Shown here piece after piece: positions 1 to 9,968 of a DNA stretch of 64,000 nucleotides. Below the pieces are notes generated by a model that had not been told where the DNA came from, made no database searches, and was given only the letters and a program-made list of their open reading frames with translations. Position 1 is the stretch's first letter, and every line of letters begins with the position of its first letter. A program made the translations under genes and the position numbers. The stretch is from Myxococcota bacterium. GTDB taxonomy: Bacteria; Myxococcota_A; Polyangia; Nannocystales; Nannocystaceae. The stretch covers positions 32,001 through 96,000 of the forward strand of contig JBCCWC010000004.1 of the NCBI GenBank assembly GCA_039194325.1. Direction: 5' to 3'.

Positions 1-341
1 GACGCCAACGACCTCGGCTCGTTCGGCAGCCTCGGCCACAGTCAGGCCAGCTGCACGGGCTCGTCCCGGCCAGGCACCGTTCCCCGAGGCCGGCAGCGCG
101 TAGTAGTCGACCATAGTGCTCGCGATGCAAGCACGATCTTCGGTGAGGTGCCGGGTGATTTCCTTACGCACGGCGTCCCAGCGGCGAATCCCTCCCCTTT
201 GCTCGCGACTCCGAGCATTGCCCAGCAGCCGAGCACTAACTACCGCGTAGCCTCGATTCATCAGATGTGGACCGAGAATCTCCTTGACGAATCTCTCCTC
301 AGTATGCCCTCGACATGGACCAATAGGCGCAAGCCAGACAT
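1..341 (-). pseudogene. DUF4276-family protein (partner of the AAA ATPase), frameshifted near nt 305 and truncated by the window edge
   Basis: ATG at 341 gives MSGLRLLVHVEG, and this frame then stops early. Shifting one base gives TEERFVKEILGPHL...GGIRRWDAVRKEI...STMVDYYALP...WPGR, open to the window edge. Together these match the DUF4276 pattern (VEGxTEExF; TxxDYYxLP). Confidence 0.7.
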
Positions 342-342
342 C

Positions 343-1443
343 TCAGGGCCGCCCTCCGAGCTCGTTCTTCTCCCATAGTTCCCCGAGGCTATAGTCTTCG
401 AGCCACGCTTCGAGACGCTCGGGGTCGAGCCGTCGCAACTGAGTCGCCATTTCCTCACGCTCGGCAACGATGACATCCTCGGGCTCGAATTGGTCGAGCA
501 GCAACGAAGATTGGGTAGAGAGGATCACCTGGGAGCCCTCGGCGGCCATCCTCACCAAGCTACCCAGCATGGCAATCGCGGCCGGATGGAGTCCGAGTTC
601 GGGCTCGTCGATGAGGATGATTGGCGGGCGCAAGTCGACCGGCTGCAGCAACAAGGTCGCCAGGGCAATGAAGCGCACCGAGCCATCGGAGAGCGACGAC
701 ACATCGAAGTGCTTATCGGAGCCTTGGTGACGCCACTCGAGTCGGATAGAATCTGAGCGAAGCGCCAGCGGCTCTAGCACGAAGTCATCGAAGAACGGGA
801 TGATCCGATGCACAGCACGACGGATCGCCTTATACGACGAGGAGTGGCGCTCCCTCATGAGATAGAGGAATGCAGGGAGATTCGAACCGTCCGGGCGCAG
901 GAAGCGGTTGTCGTTTAGGTGAGCGGTCTTTCGCAGAGGTGCACTCGAGCTGATGTCGTGGAAGTGGTAGGTTGTCCACTGGCTCAAGCGCCAGCGAGTC
1001 TTGGCGAAAATTGCTGCGGACGCGGAGTCGCTGATCCCGGCTTCCATGCCACCGCGAGGCTTGAGCGTATGTTCGCGAGGCTCCGAGAATGCGGGTCGCG
1101 CATCATAGGAAACTCGCTCATTCGCGGGATAGAGTCGATCCTCAGCCGTGACCGCCAAGGAAAGCCAATAGCCGCTCGCACCAGTCGACAGCCGAAACTC
1201 GACCTGCGGCGTAACCTTGGCTCCAAAGTACAGGATGCGATCCGCCCCACCCTGTCGCGCAACATAGTCCTGGAGTCGCCCTTCGCGGATTTCCTTGAGG
1301 AACGCGAATACCCCGAGAAAATTCGACTTTCCCGAGCCGTTGGCGCCGATCAACACATTGATCGGCAGCAGCTTCAGATCTTCGACCGACGCGATGCTCC
1401 GAAACCCCCGGATCGTGATCGCATCGAGCATCGCCTCAGCCAC
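343..1443 (-). CDS. AAA_21/AAA_15-family ABC-type ATPase (putative defence or TA-associated)
   Basis: N-terminal IRGFRSI, Walker A GANGSGKSN, signature LSDGS, Walker B IDEPELGLHP, C-terminal SLGELWEKNELGGRP. The start may be 1431. Confidence 0.85.
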   Translation of the reverse strand: MAEAMLDAITIRGFRSIASVEDLKLLPINVLIGANGSGKSNFLGVFAFLKEIREGRLQDYVARQGGADRILYFGAKVTPQVEFRLSTGASGYWLSLAVTAEDRLYPANERVSYDARPAFSEPREHTLKPRGGMEAGISDSASAAIFAKTRWRLSQWTTYHFHDISSSAPLRKTAHLNDNRFLRPDGSNLPAFLYLMRERHSSSYKAIRRAVHRIIPFFDDFVLEPLALRSDSIRLEWRHQGSDKHFDVSSLSDGSVRFIALATLLLQPVDLRPPIILIDEPELGLHPAAIAMLGSLVRMAAEGSQVILSTQSSLLLDQFEPEDVIVAEREEMATQLRRLDPERLEAWLEDYSLGELWEKNELGGRP

Positions 1444-1446
1444 GGC

Positions 1447-2862
1447 TCACCACCACACCTTCCCGATCAGCTCCTTCGCCTCCGGCACCCCTCCTTGCAG
1501 CACCAAATACCCGTCGAAGGGCTCCCCCTCGGTCATCTCCCCGGCCAGCGACGTAGTCATCAGCTCGCGCACCTTCTGCGGGTCGTCGGGATGCACCCCC
1601 AGCGCCCAGCCCAGCTTGATGTACGCCACCTCGGGCAGCATGTTGGCCAGGGGCACCACCCCCAACTCGAGGATCTCCCGCCCCGTCTCGTACACGTGCA
1701 TCTGCACGAACCCCCACAGCGTCTGCAGGGTCATGTACACCGACACGCCCGCCTCCTGGGCCCGACGCAGCGCGGGATAGACCTTCTTATTGACGTGCCC
1801 CAGCCCAGTGCCCGCGATCACGATCCCTTTGTAGCCGCACTGCACCAGCGCGTCGATCACATCGGGCTGCATGTTGGGGTAGTAGTAGAGGAGCGTGACC
1901 TTGTCCTCAAAGGCCACCTGGACCCGAGCCTGCCGCTCGGAGCACCGAGACCGAACGTCGTCGTGCAGCAGCTCGATCGTCCCGTCCTCCTGCACCATCG
2001 CCAGCGGGATGTCGCCCAGCGTGCGAAAGGTGCTGCGATACGAGCTGTGCATCTTGCGGACCCGAGTGCCGCGATGCAGCAGGTTGTAGCGATCGGACGT
2101 AGGCCCGAACATGCACACCATCACCTCGGCGATCGGCCCAAGCGCGGCCGTATAAGTGCCCGCGATGAGGTTGCGCGCCGCGTCGGACGAGGGCCGATCC
2201 GACGAGCGCTGGCTGCCCACCATCACGATCGGTACCGGCGAGTCCTGCACCATGAACGATAGCGCCGCCGCCGTGTGCCCCATGGTGTCGGTGCCGTGGC
2301 CCACCACCACCCCGTCGTACCCCTCGGCGATGGCCTCGCCCACCCGGGTGGCCAGCACCAAGTACTCCTCGGCCCCCATGTTCTCCGAGAACACCCCAAA
2401 GAGCTTCTCGGTCTCGAGGTTGCAGATGTCGGCCAGCTCGGGCACCGAGCCATAGAGCTCACCGGGCGAGAACGCGGGAATCACCGCCCCGGTGCGGTAG
2501 TCGAGGCGCGAGGCGATCGTACCCCCCGTGCCATAGAGCATCACCCGGGGCTTGCCGGGATCCACCGGGAAGGGCTCCTCGGGGATCTTGTACTCGGCCT
2601 TGCGGTAGCCGAGCTGCTCCATGCCCAGGATCGTGTCGTGGCGGATCCCGATGTTGTAGCCGCTGATGAGCTTGAGCACGAGGTGATCGGGATCGGCCGT
2701 CTCGGAGCGCGGTAGCACCAGCCCCTCGAAGTCCCCCCGGGTGGTGCGAGCTTTCACCTCGCCCCACACGGTCACGCCGTAGCGCTTCATCACCCCGAGC
2801 ATCGGCTCGCGGTAACCTTTGTAGTCCTCGGGATCCGATCCGGGCTGATGGGCCTGGCTCAC
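1447..2862 (-). CDS. gatD: Glu-tRNA(Gln) amidotransferase subunit D (archaeal type)
   Basis: GatD N-terminal domain (EGLVLPR...LKLISGYNIGI) plus asparaginase-fold motifs TGGTIASRLDYRTGAV, HGTDTM, GSQRSSDRPSSD and RKMHSS. Overlaps the gatE stop (ATGA). Confidence 0.93.
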   Translation of the reverse strand: MSQAHQPGSDPEDYKGYREPMLGVMKRYGVTVWGEVKARTTRGDFEGLVLPRSETADPDHLVLKLISGYNIGIRHDTILGMEQLGYRKAEYKIPEEPFPVDPGKPRVMLYGTGGTIASRLDYRTGAVIPAFSPGELYGSVPELADICNLETEKLFGVFSENMGAEEYLVLATRVGEAIAEGYDGVVVGHGTDTMGHTAAALSFMVQDSPVPIVMVGSQRSSDRPSSDAARNLIAGTYTAALGPIAEVMVCMFGPTSDRYNLLHRGTRVRKMHSSYRSTFRTLGDIPLAMVQEDGTIELLHDDVRSRCSERQARVQVAFEDKVTLLYYYPNMQPDVIDALVQCGYKGIVIAGTGLGHVNKKVYPALRRAQEAGVSVYMTLQTLWGFVQMHVYETGREILELGVVPLANMLPEVAYIKLGWALGVHPDDPQKVRELMTTSLAGEMTEGEPFDGYLVLQGGVPEAKELIGKVWW

Positions 2863-4976
2863 GATGCATCCTCCACGGTGATGTCCAAGGCGGCCACCAG
2901 GCGCTCAGAAACCACGGTCGGGCTCAGGCGCCCGAGCACACCGCGCATGATCTGCCCCATGGCCCACCGCAGTCGGGCGGCCTCGCTAGAAAAACGCATC
3001 GCGGCCAGCTGGGGCCGCAGCGCATCGATCCTGCGCTCGAGCTCGGCGTCGACATCCCCGCCTACCTCCTCGCCTGCCTCCCCGCCTGCCTCGAAACGCT
3101 CGACGAGCACCTTCGGGTCGACCTCAGCTTGCCGCAGCAGCGCGTCGAAGATCGCGTCGAAGGCCGACGGGTGCACCCGCCCCGCATCCACGGCGTCGAC
3201 GAGCGGACGCAGCCGCTCTGCCTCGGGCATGGCCCGATTCCCCGACTCCCGCCACCAGGCCAGCAGGCGACACTCCAGCGCCGCCGCCAGCCGCCGCCGC
3301 CCCACCTCGGTGCGCGGCGCCAGGGCATCGAACAGCGGATATAGGTCACGCTGCACCAACACCCGCGCGGCCCGGGGCGACAAACCCGACTCCACGTAGC
3401 TCCGCTCCCGCTCGTCGGGCCGCAGCGGCACCCAGGCATCGATCTGCTCCAGCCAGGCGTCGGGCACCGGCCACGGCGGCGTGTCGGTGTCGGGGTACAT
3501 CCGCTCGGGCCCGGGCAGGATCCGCTCGAAGCCGGTGGTGCCGTCGCGATGCGCCTGCCGGGTCTCCGAAGGCACCCCCACCAGGGCCTCGCGACTGCGA
3601 CCCACGATCTCCTCGACCGCGGTGGCGACGTCGAGCCGTGGCCCCCACACCAGCACCACCGCATCGTCCGCACTCGCCCCCAAGGCCTGTCGCAGCCGCC
3701 GCCAGGTGGGATCGGTGACCGGCGAGTCCGCCTGGTCGGTATGCGCCATGAACGGCCGCCCCGTCAGACAAGCGATCACCCGCAGGCGCTCGGCGATCTC
3801 GTGATCGAAGCACCGCCCCGGCTGAGTCCGATGCGCCAAGATCCCGGCAAACCCCGGGAGCCGTACCGCCGCGATCGTCTCGCCCGCCTCCCGAGCACGC
3901 CCAAGCGGCGCCCCGTCGACGTCACCCACCAGCCCGGTCGCGTCGACGGCCAGCGGCGATGCCCACGGCGGGTCGAGCTCGGGCAGCGTGAGCATCGCCT
4001 CGGTGACCCCTCGCTGCCGCAGCTGCTCACGAATTCGCAGCAGCTCCAGGTGACGAAACGCCTCGATGTGCACCAGCCGCGGCAACACCTTGTGCTGGCT
4101 GACTCCCTTGATCTCCACCCGCCGGCTACCCGCGATCGACACGTTGACGTCCTGACGGGCCGCCCCGGGGCCTCGCCGCACCCGACCGCTGGCTCGCGCG
4201 ATCCGGGCCATCAGCCGACCTCCCGCGGCCACGTCACGCGGCGTGAGCAGATCGGGCTCGGTGACCGTCTCGGTCAGCGGCATGCCCAACCGATCCGTAC
4301 GAAACACGATGCGGTGCCCCACGTCACTGACTTCCCGGCACGAGTCTTCCTCGAGGGTGAGCTGCCGGATCCTCACCGACTGATCGGGGCCCCGCTCGCT
4401 GTCGACGAAGGGCAGCACCCCGGCCAGGGCCACCATCGCCGTGCGCTGAAAGCCGGTGGGGATCGACCCGTCGAGGTATTGCTTGCGCATCACCTGCAGC
4501 TCGGAGACCCGATCGAGCCCGTAGAGCGTGGCGATCTGCAGCGATGCATAGATCGCCTCCTCGTCGATCGGAAAGGGCGGGGTATCGTCGATCTCATATG
4601 TGCAGACGGTGCGGCGATCGAGCTGGTAGACGATCTCCTTGCGAGTCCGAAACTCCATGAGCGCCGTGCCGTCGTACTCGCCCAGCTCGCTGAGGGTGGG
4701 CCGCATGTGACGGAGCACCTCGGCGTCCACCCGCGAGGTCCGAACCCCCGCCGGACAGCGGCAAAACAGCTTGCCCCGCGTGGCGAGCTGCTGATGCACC
4801 TCCAGCCCGCACATGAAGCCGAGGATCTCGTAGTCCCGCGGCGTCATCTCGGACAGCGCACGAACAGGAAAATCCAGCGGCGGATCACACCGAGGGTTGA
4901 GATCGATGGGCGCAGGCGCACTAGCGCGAGGACGACGGCGAGGCACGAGGGAAACGAGAGCCGCAGGGTACAGCAA
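2859..4976 (-). CDS. gatE: Glu-tRNA(Gln) amidotransferase subunit E (archaeal type)
   Basis: GLEVHQQL..KLFCRCP, SELGEYD, MRKQYLDGSIPTGFQRT, LEEDSCR, DRLGMPL, RQDVNVSI, RVEIKGV, an AspRS-like insertion (VRLPGFAG..QPG) and VPSETR...PGPERMYPDTD. The start codon is uncertain. Confidence 0.92.
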   Translation of the reverse strand: MLYPAALVSLVPRRRPRASAPAPIDLNPRCDPPLDFPVRALSEMTPRDYEILGFMCGLEVHQQLATRGKLFCRCPAGVRTSRVDAEVLRHMRPTLSELGEYDGTALMEFRTRKEIVYQLDRRTVCTYEIDDTPPFPIDEEAIYASLQIATLYGLDRVSELQVMRKQYLDGSIPTGFQRTAMVALAGVLPFVDSERGPDQSVRIRQLTLEEDSCREVSDVGHRIVFRTDRLGMPLTETVTEPDLLTPRDVAAGGRLMARIARASGRVRRGPGAARQDVNVSIAGSRRVEIKGVSQHKVLPRLVHIEAFRHLELLRIREQLRQRGVTEAMLTLPELDPPWASPLAVDATGLVGDVDGAPLGRAREAGETIAAVRLPGFAGILAHRTQPGRCFDHEIAERLRVIACLTGRPFMAHTDQADSPVTDPTWRRLRQALGASADDAVVLVWGPRLDVATAVEEIVGRSREALVGVPSETRQAHRDGTTGFERILPGPERMYPDTDTPPWPVPDAWLEQIDAWVPLRPDERERSYVESGLSPRAARVLVQRDLYPLFDALAPRTEVGRRRLAAALECRLLAWWRESGNRAMPEAERLRPLVDAVDAGRVHPSAFDAIFDALLRQAEVDPKVLVERFEAGGEAGEEVGGDVDAELERRIDALRPQLAAMRFSSEAARLRWAMGQIMRGVLGRLSPTVVSERLVAALDITVEDAS

Positions 4977-5059
4977 ATCCGCGCACCTATGCGCTTATCC
5001 CGCAGGCGCCTCCTCACCCACACGGACCGCGTTCGGTCACCAGCCGCGAACGGCAACAA

Positions 5060-5350
5060 CGATCGGACGCAATGTATTGAGCGCAATGAACATTACTAAT
5101 AATTGAGCACCTATAATGGCTCTATGGCATTTTCATGACGTGCCTGACACGTAATTCAACCCGGTTCTGGTATACTAATACCAGCATTAGCGCTTGGAGC
5201 GCACTGCTACGACGTGGTCGGGTTCGGCTGGAGCAAGCCAAAACGCCGTTTCTATCCAACTCCGATCCAGGTCAAAGGACGGCGCCGATCCGATCGCTTG
5301 AGATCGATCACTGTGTGCTCCATGACTAATTAGTCAACCAAAACAATCAA
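5060..5350. promoter_or_regulatory. AT-rich divergent intergenic region, probable promoters
   Basis: Visibly AT-rich stretch between divergent genes, with TATAAT at 5112-5117 and TATACT at 5171-5176. No convincing -35 element. Confidence 0.35.
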
Positions 5351-5380
5351 AGCCGGTTCATCCAGGAAGGATCAGACCGC

Positions 5381-5824
5381 TTGTCGCTCGCAATACAACG
5401 CGCAATACAACACCCGGTAGCGCCCCATTGGTGGACGACCGTAGGCGACGTGGTGGTGTCGTTCACGATTCCCGGACCCATCGCGGATGGGACCTGGAGT
5501 GCATTCGTCGACGCGATCACCACGCATAGGCCGATGCACTGCTTGCTGCTGTGCGCAGGTGCAGCCCGCGTCGATGCAGCCCAGCGGCGACTGTCGACCG
5601 CCGCCTTCATGCGCACGGGCTCGGCAGTGGTCGTGCTCACCGACAACCGGGTGACGCGCGGCCTCGCGATGACCATGGCGTGGCTCGGCGCTAAGCTCGA
5701 CGCCTACTCGTGGAACGAGCTCTCGTATGCGCTCGACCACATGCAGCTGACCGAGGACGTGCAGCAGCGCCTGTACGACATCGCGCTGGAATTCCACACC
5801 GAGCACCGTCACCTCGACCGCTAG
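5381..5824 (+). CDS. small STAS/SEC14-like myxobacterial protein
   Basis: 147 aa with the pattern DAAQRR...VVVLTDNRVTRGLAMTMAWLG, typical of myxobacterial STAS/SEC14-like proteins. The start is uncertain. Confidence 0.55.
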   Translation: MSLAIQRAIQHPVAPHWWTTVGDVVVSFTIPGPIADGTWSAFVDAITTHRPMHCLLLCAGAARVDAAQRRLSTAAFMRTGSAVVVLTDNRVTRGLAMTMAWLGAKLDAYSWNELSYALDHMQLTEDVQQRLYDIALEFHTEHRHLDR

Positions 5825-5925
5825 TGCCCCGTGCCGAAAGGGTCGCCCGACGAAGACGCGCCTCCGCTCGCCGACGCTCGCTCGCCGGTTTGTGCGACGT
5901 CCCTCGCGAAGCCATAATCCCCGCC

Positions 5926-6591
5926 ATGCTGCCTAGTCGCCTTGCACTTGGCTCCCGTGCACATGGCTCCCGTGCGCTCGGCTCCCTCGAGCTGAGACCC
6001 CCCAAACCGGGTTTCAGGCGAGGTTCCCGACTGGGTTTCCGGCTGGGTTTCCGGCTGGGTTCATGGTTCGCGGTGATGGCCCTGACCGCATGCACGGTCG
6101 AAGGCCGCGAGGTCATGACCACGTTCGATCCCTCCGCCAGCGGAACCCCGACCTCGGGAAGCAGCCAGAGCGGCTCGGATACCGAGCCATCCACCAGCAC
6201 CGCCGCCAGCGGCACCGCCGACACCTCGTCCGGCAGCGGGACCTCCAACCCGACCACCGATCCCAGCAGCGGATCCTCCGGCGCCCCCGCCGACGAACAA
6301 CCCGAAGACGGCATGTACTCCGAGTGCGCCAGCGTGGCCGACTGCTTCGGGCTGACCACCTGCGTGATCGTGCCCGGGACCCCAATGGGGGGTTATTGCG
6401 CTGATACCGGCTGCGTCAATCCCCAGATCGACTGCGACCCCAACCCCGGCGCAACCTCGACCGCACCCCTGGCCTGTGTCGACAACGGGGCCGGCGCCTT
6501 CGTCTGCGGTCTCGACTGCTCGCTGGGCCAGACCTGTCCCACCGGTATGGCGTGCCTGGCCTTGGGCGTGGCAGCGATGGTCTGCGCCTGA
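5926..6591 (+). CDS. Cys-rich lipoprotein
   Basis: Lipobox-like ALTAC, Ser/Thr/Gly-rich linker and a Cys-rich C-terminal domain. The start is uncertain. Confidence 0.65.
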   Translation: MLPSRLALGSRAHGSRALGSLELRPPKPGFRRGSRLGFRLGFRLGSWFAVMALTACTVEGREVMTTFDPSASGTPTSGSSQSGSDTEPSTSTAASGTADTSSGSGTSNPTTDPSSGSSGAPADEQPEDGMYSECASVADCFGLTTCVIVPGTPMGGYCADTGCVNPQIDCDPNPGATSTAPLACVDNGAGAFVCGLDCSLGQTCPTGMACLALGVAAMVCA

Positions 6592-6606
6592 CGCCCTGCG
6601 CATCCA

Positions 6607-6715
6607 CGCTCGCGGTCAACTGTCGCTCGCGGTCAATTGTCGCTCGCGGTCAATTGTCGCTCGCGGTCAACTATCGCTCGCGGTCAACTATCGCTCGCGG
6701 TCAATTGTCGCTCGC
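6607..6715. repeat. 17-bp tandem repeat (CGCTCGCGGTCAAYTRT) x6 plus a partial copy
   Basis: Directly visible, with no spacers. The last copy contains the stop codon of the 6701-8311 gene. Confidence 0.95.
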
Positions 6716-8311
6716 ACCCGAGGCGATCCACGCCCGGAGCAAGGCGACCTGCCCCGGGTCGGAGAGCTGGGGCGAGTTGAGCGGCATGTGATCGACCACG
6801 CGGTCGCTGCGATCGGTAGGCTCGCACTCGGCGACCAGGCGATACAGCCAACTACCCGCCGGATCGCCCGGGGCGACCAGCGGCAGCGCGGTGTCGGCCT
6901 GGACCTCGTGCTCCATCAACTCGGTGTGGAGCTCGGCTGCGGCCAGGTCGAGCCCAGCCGCCGCGCTGGATCCCGCATGGCACGAGGAGAACTGGCAGGT
7001 CGACACGAACAAGGTGTCACGCACGCGTGCCAGGGAGACGAGCCCCTCCACCGGCACGTCGTCGGGGACGTCTACGCAAGGATCGGACGGAGGCAGCCCG
7101 ACATCGGCGGGATCGAAGGGCGGCACGTAGAGCGGTCGCTCGAGCTCGGCCGGATCGGGCAAGGACTGGGCCTGGGTCTTCCGGATCCCGACCACGTGGC
7201 ACGGACCCTCGCTCAGCAGGACCTCACCTTCGGTCCCCACCACTTGCCCGCTGCCGTAGGGGATCGAGCCATCGATGATCACCGACGAGTCGGCCAGGCC
7301 CAGCATCACGCACATCTCTTGGCTGCCGATGCCCCAGCCGATCGTCTGATCGGTCCAATTGTCATAGCCGCATGAGAAGCGGAACCCCTCGGCCCCGCTC
7401 AGATCAACGGGCTGGGCGTAGGCCTGACCGTTGGCATCGGCGTTGAAGCCTTCGAGCCGGTACACGCTCTGGCCGTCTGTCGGCCCTCCCAGCACCGAGA
7501 GATCGAAGTAGTTGCCCAGGTAATGGTAGTGCGGAAGCACGTGGTAGAGCTTCAGATCGAGGGGCTCGTCCGCCGCGCTCTCGTAGGCATTGGAGAAGTT
7601 ACAGGCGGCGCTGTACCGGACCTCGGTGAACGGGGGAATCGCCAGATCGTAGTACGACAGCCGAAACGGCACCGCGACCACGTCGACGTCGCGTGGGTGC
7701 ACGATATCCAGCGAGACCCGCAGCTCCGTGTCGAGCTCGGCCTCGGCGAGGTTGAGCAGGTGCGCCCCCGCGATGATCTTGTAGTGAGGGGGCACCTTGA
7801 CCACGACCCCCTCGGGCAGCTCCATGCGCTCGTAGCGAGACTGTGTGGACTGGGCGGCGAGCACGGTCCCGTTGAACGCCGCGTTGAGCTCGGAGAACCC
7901 GCGCTCGCTACAGACAAAGAACCCGTCCTCGTCTTGCCCGCCCTCCCCCACGTAGACACCCTCGGGCACGATGAACCAGTTGGAGTGATGGAAGCCGCCG
8001 TCGTTGACCATGGTGACCGCCTGCACGTAGACGGGGGCCTCGTTGTGTAGCGTCCACTGGATGCACGGCTGGAGCTCCTCGAGGGGCGCGAGCGAGTAGA
8101 GGCCGAAGCTATGGGTGACCACGGCCCGCTCGGGCGGCGGCTCCCCGTCCGTGGGTCCCTCGCCCGCTCCCTCGGTTGGGCCCGCCGAGGCGGTACCCGC
8201 GGTGGGCTCTGTGTCGGTGATGGCCGACGGCTCGGCCCTGCACGCCGACGACACCACGACGACTGCGAGTGCCCCGCTCCACCGGTTTGCCGCCGCGCGT
8301 CCCATCTTCAT
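6701..8311 (-). CDS. lipoprotein with copper type II monooxygenase (PHM/DBH)-like domains and a C-terminal CxxxxCH domain, paralog 2
   Basis: Lipobox SAC; GGFHHSNW, AHLLN, LPHYHYLG and EMC match the CuH/CuM ligand pattern; CQFSSCH near the end. Start placed at ATG 8311, because the ORF-track extension overlaps paralog 1. Confidence 0.7.
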   Translation of the reverse strand: MKMGRAAANRWSGALAVVVVSSACRAEPSAITDTEPTAGTASAGPTEGAGEGPTDGEPPPERAVVTHSFGLYSLAPLEELQPCIQWTLHNEAPVYVQAVTMVNDGGFHHSNWFIVPEGVYVGEGGQDEDGFFVCSERGFSELNAAFNGTVLAAQSTQSRYERMELPEGVVVKVPPHYKIIAGAHLLNLAEAELDTELRVSLDIVHPRDVDVVAVPFRLSYYDLAIPPFTEVRYSAACNFSNAYESAADEPLDLKLYHVLPHYHYLGNYFDLSVLGGPTDGQSVYRLEGFNADANGQAYAQPVDLSGAEGFRFSCGYDNWTDQTIGWGIGSQEMCVMLGLADSSVIIDGSIPYGSGQVVGTEGEVLLSEGPCHVVGIRKTQAQSLPDPAELERPLYVPPFDPADVGLPPSDPCVDVPDDVPVEGLVSLARVRDTLFVSTCQFSSCHAGSSAAAGLDLAAAELHTELMEHEVQADTALPLVAPGDPAGSWLYRLVAECEPTDRSDRVVDHMPLNSPQLSDPGQVALLRAWIASGASDN

Positions 8312-8348
8312 TGCTCCGGGTGGTCCTTCGGGGTAGTCCTTGTCGGGC

Positions 8349-9968
8349 TCAGTCGTCGGCCGCGCCGGCTTCGATCCACTCGCGGAGCAACGCCACCAGG
8401 GCAGGATCAGACAGCTCGGGAGAGTTGAGCGGCATGTGGGCGACCACGTTGCCACCGCGATCGGTGGGCGCGCACTCGGCCACCAGGCGATATAGCCAGC
8501 TCCCCTCGGGATCGCCGGGCTCGACCAAGGGGAGCTCGGTGTTGGCCTCGACGACATGGCCCATCAGCTCGGTGTGAAGATCTGCCGCGGCCAAGTCGAG
8601 CCCCGCCACCGCGTTCGCCCCCGAGTGGCACGACGAGAACTGACAGGTCGACACGAACAGGGTGTCCCGCACACGAGACAGGGTGGCCTCGCCCGGTGCG
8701 GCCGCGCTAGCCGGAACGTCGACGCACTCGTCGATGGGAGGCAGGCCCGCGTCGTCCGGATCGGTGGGGGGAATGTAGAGCGGCGCCTCGAGCTCGGCCT
8801 CGGTGGGCATGGTCTGAGCTGGGTTCTTGGGCAGGCCGATCACGTCGCACGGGCCCTCGTTGAGCAAGATGTCGCCCTCGGTGCCCACGACCTGCCCGCT
8901 GCCCGAGCCCACCGAGCCATCCATGAGCATGGCCGAGTCGGCCAGGCCCAGCATCACGCACATCTCCTGATCGCCGATGCCCCAGCCGATCGTCTGATCG
9001 GTCCAGTTGTCGTAGCCGCACGAGAAGCGGAACCCCTCGGCTCCGCTCAGGTCGATCGGATCGGGAAACGCCTGACCATTGGCGTCGGCATTGAAGCCGT
9101 CGAGACGGAATACGCTCTGCCCATCCGAAGGCCCGCCCATGATCGTCAGATCGAAGTAGTTGCCCAGGTAGTGGTAGTGCGGCAGCAAGTAGTAGAGCTT
9201 GAGATCCAGGGGCCTGTCCGTCGCGTTCTCGTAGATGCTGGCAAAGCTGCAATCGCTGCTAAAGCGCGCCTCGGTGAACCCGGGGATGTCGAGGTCATAG
9301 TAGGTCAGCCGGAACGGGGCGGTGACCACGTTGACCTCGCGCGGGTGCACGATGTCCAGCGACATCCGCAGCTCGGTGTCGTAGTCGGCGTCGGCGAGGT
9401 TGAGCAGGTGCCCCCCGGCGATGACCTTGTGGCGAGGTGGCGCCTTGATGACGACCCCTTCGGGCAGCTCCATGCGCTCGTAGCGGGACTGCGTGGACTG
9501 GGCGGTGAGCACGGTGCCCGAGACGGCGGCCTCGATCTCCGTGAACGCCCGCTCGTTGCAATCGAAGAACCCGTCGGGGCCCGCGTAGAGGGTCTCCGGG
9601 ACGACGAACCAGTTGGAGTGGTGAAAGCCGCCGTCGTTGACCAGCGTGACCGCCTGGATATAGATCGCCTCCTCGTTGTTGAGCGTCCACTGGATGCAGG
9701 GCTCGGTCTCTTCGAGCGGCCCGAGCGAGTAGACGCCAAAGCTGTGAGTGACGACGGCTTGATCGGCCGGCGTGCTCCCGGTCTCCGAGCCACTGTCGCC
9801 CGCCGGTGGCGACTCGGTAGACGCGCCGGTGCTCATGGTGCCACTGCCACCCCCGGTGGTGCTGCCCGCAGCAAAGAGCGTCGGCAGATCGTCCCCACAG
9901 CTCGTACCCGTTAGCGTTAGCCCCAGCAACGACACGAGCGCCGGCTTCGAGATCATCCGATGCATCAT
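8349..9968 (-). CDS. lipoprotein with copper type II monooxygenase-like domains and a C-terminal CxxxxCH domain, paralog 1
   Basis: Signal peptide ending GTSC. Same HH, GHLLN, HYH, EMC and CQFSSCH motifs, with long near-identical blocks shared with 6701-8311. Confidence 0.72.
   Translation of the reverse strand: MMHRMISKPALVSLLGLTLTGTSCGDDLPTLFAAGSTTGGGSGTMSTGASTESPPAGDSGSETGSTPADQAVVTHSFGVYSLGPLEETEPCIQWTLNNEEAIYIQAVTLVNDGGFHHSNWFVVPETLYAGPDGFFDCNERAFTEIEAAVSGTVLTAQSTQSRYERMELPEGVVIKAPPRHKVIAGGHLLNLADADYDTELRMSLDIVHPREVNVVTAPFRLTYYDLDIPGFTEARFSSDCSFASIYENATDRPLDLKLYYLLPHYHYLGNYFDLTIMGGPSDGQSVFRLDGFNADANGQAFPDPIDLSGAEGFRFSCGYDNWTDQTIGWGIGDQEMCVMLGLADSAMLMDGSVGSGSGQVVGTEGDILLNEGPCDVIGLPKNPAQTMPTEAELEAPLYIPPTDPDDAGLPPIDECVDVPASAAAPGEATLSRVRDTLFVSTCQFSSCHSGANAVAGLDLAAADLHTELMGHVVEANTELPLVEPGDPEGSWLYRLVAECAPTDRGGNVVAHMPLNSPELSDPALVALLREWIEAGAADD

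Noticed and set aside
6607..6715. Possible CRISPR array
   Set aside because: The 17-bp units are contiguous with no spacers, and there are no cas genes.
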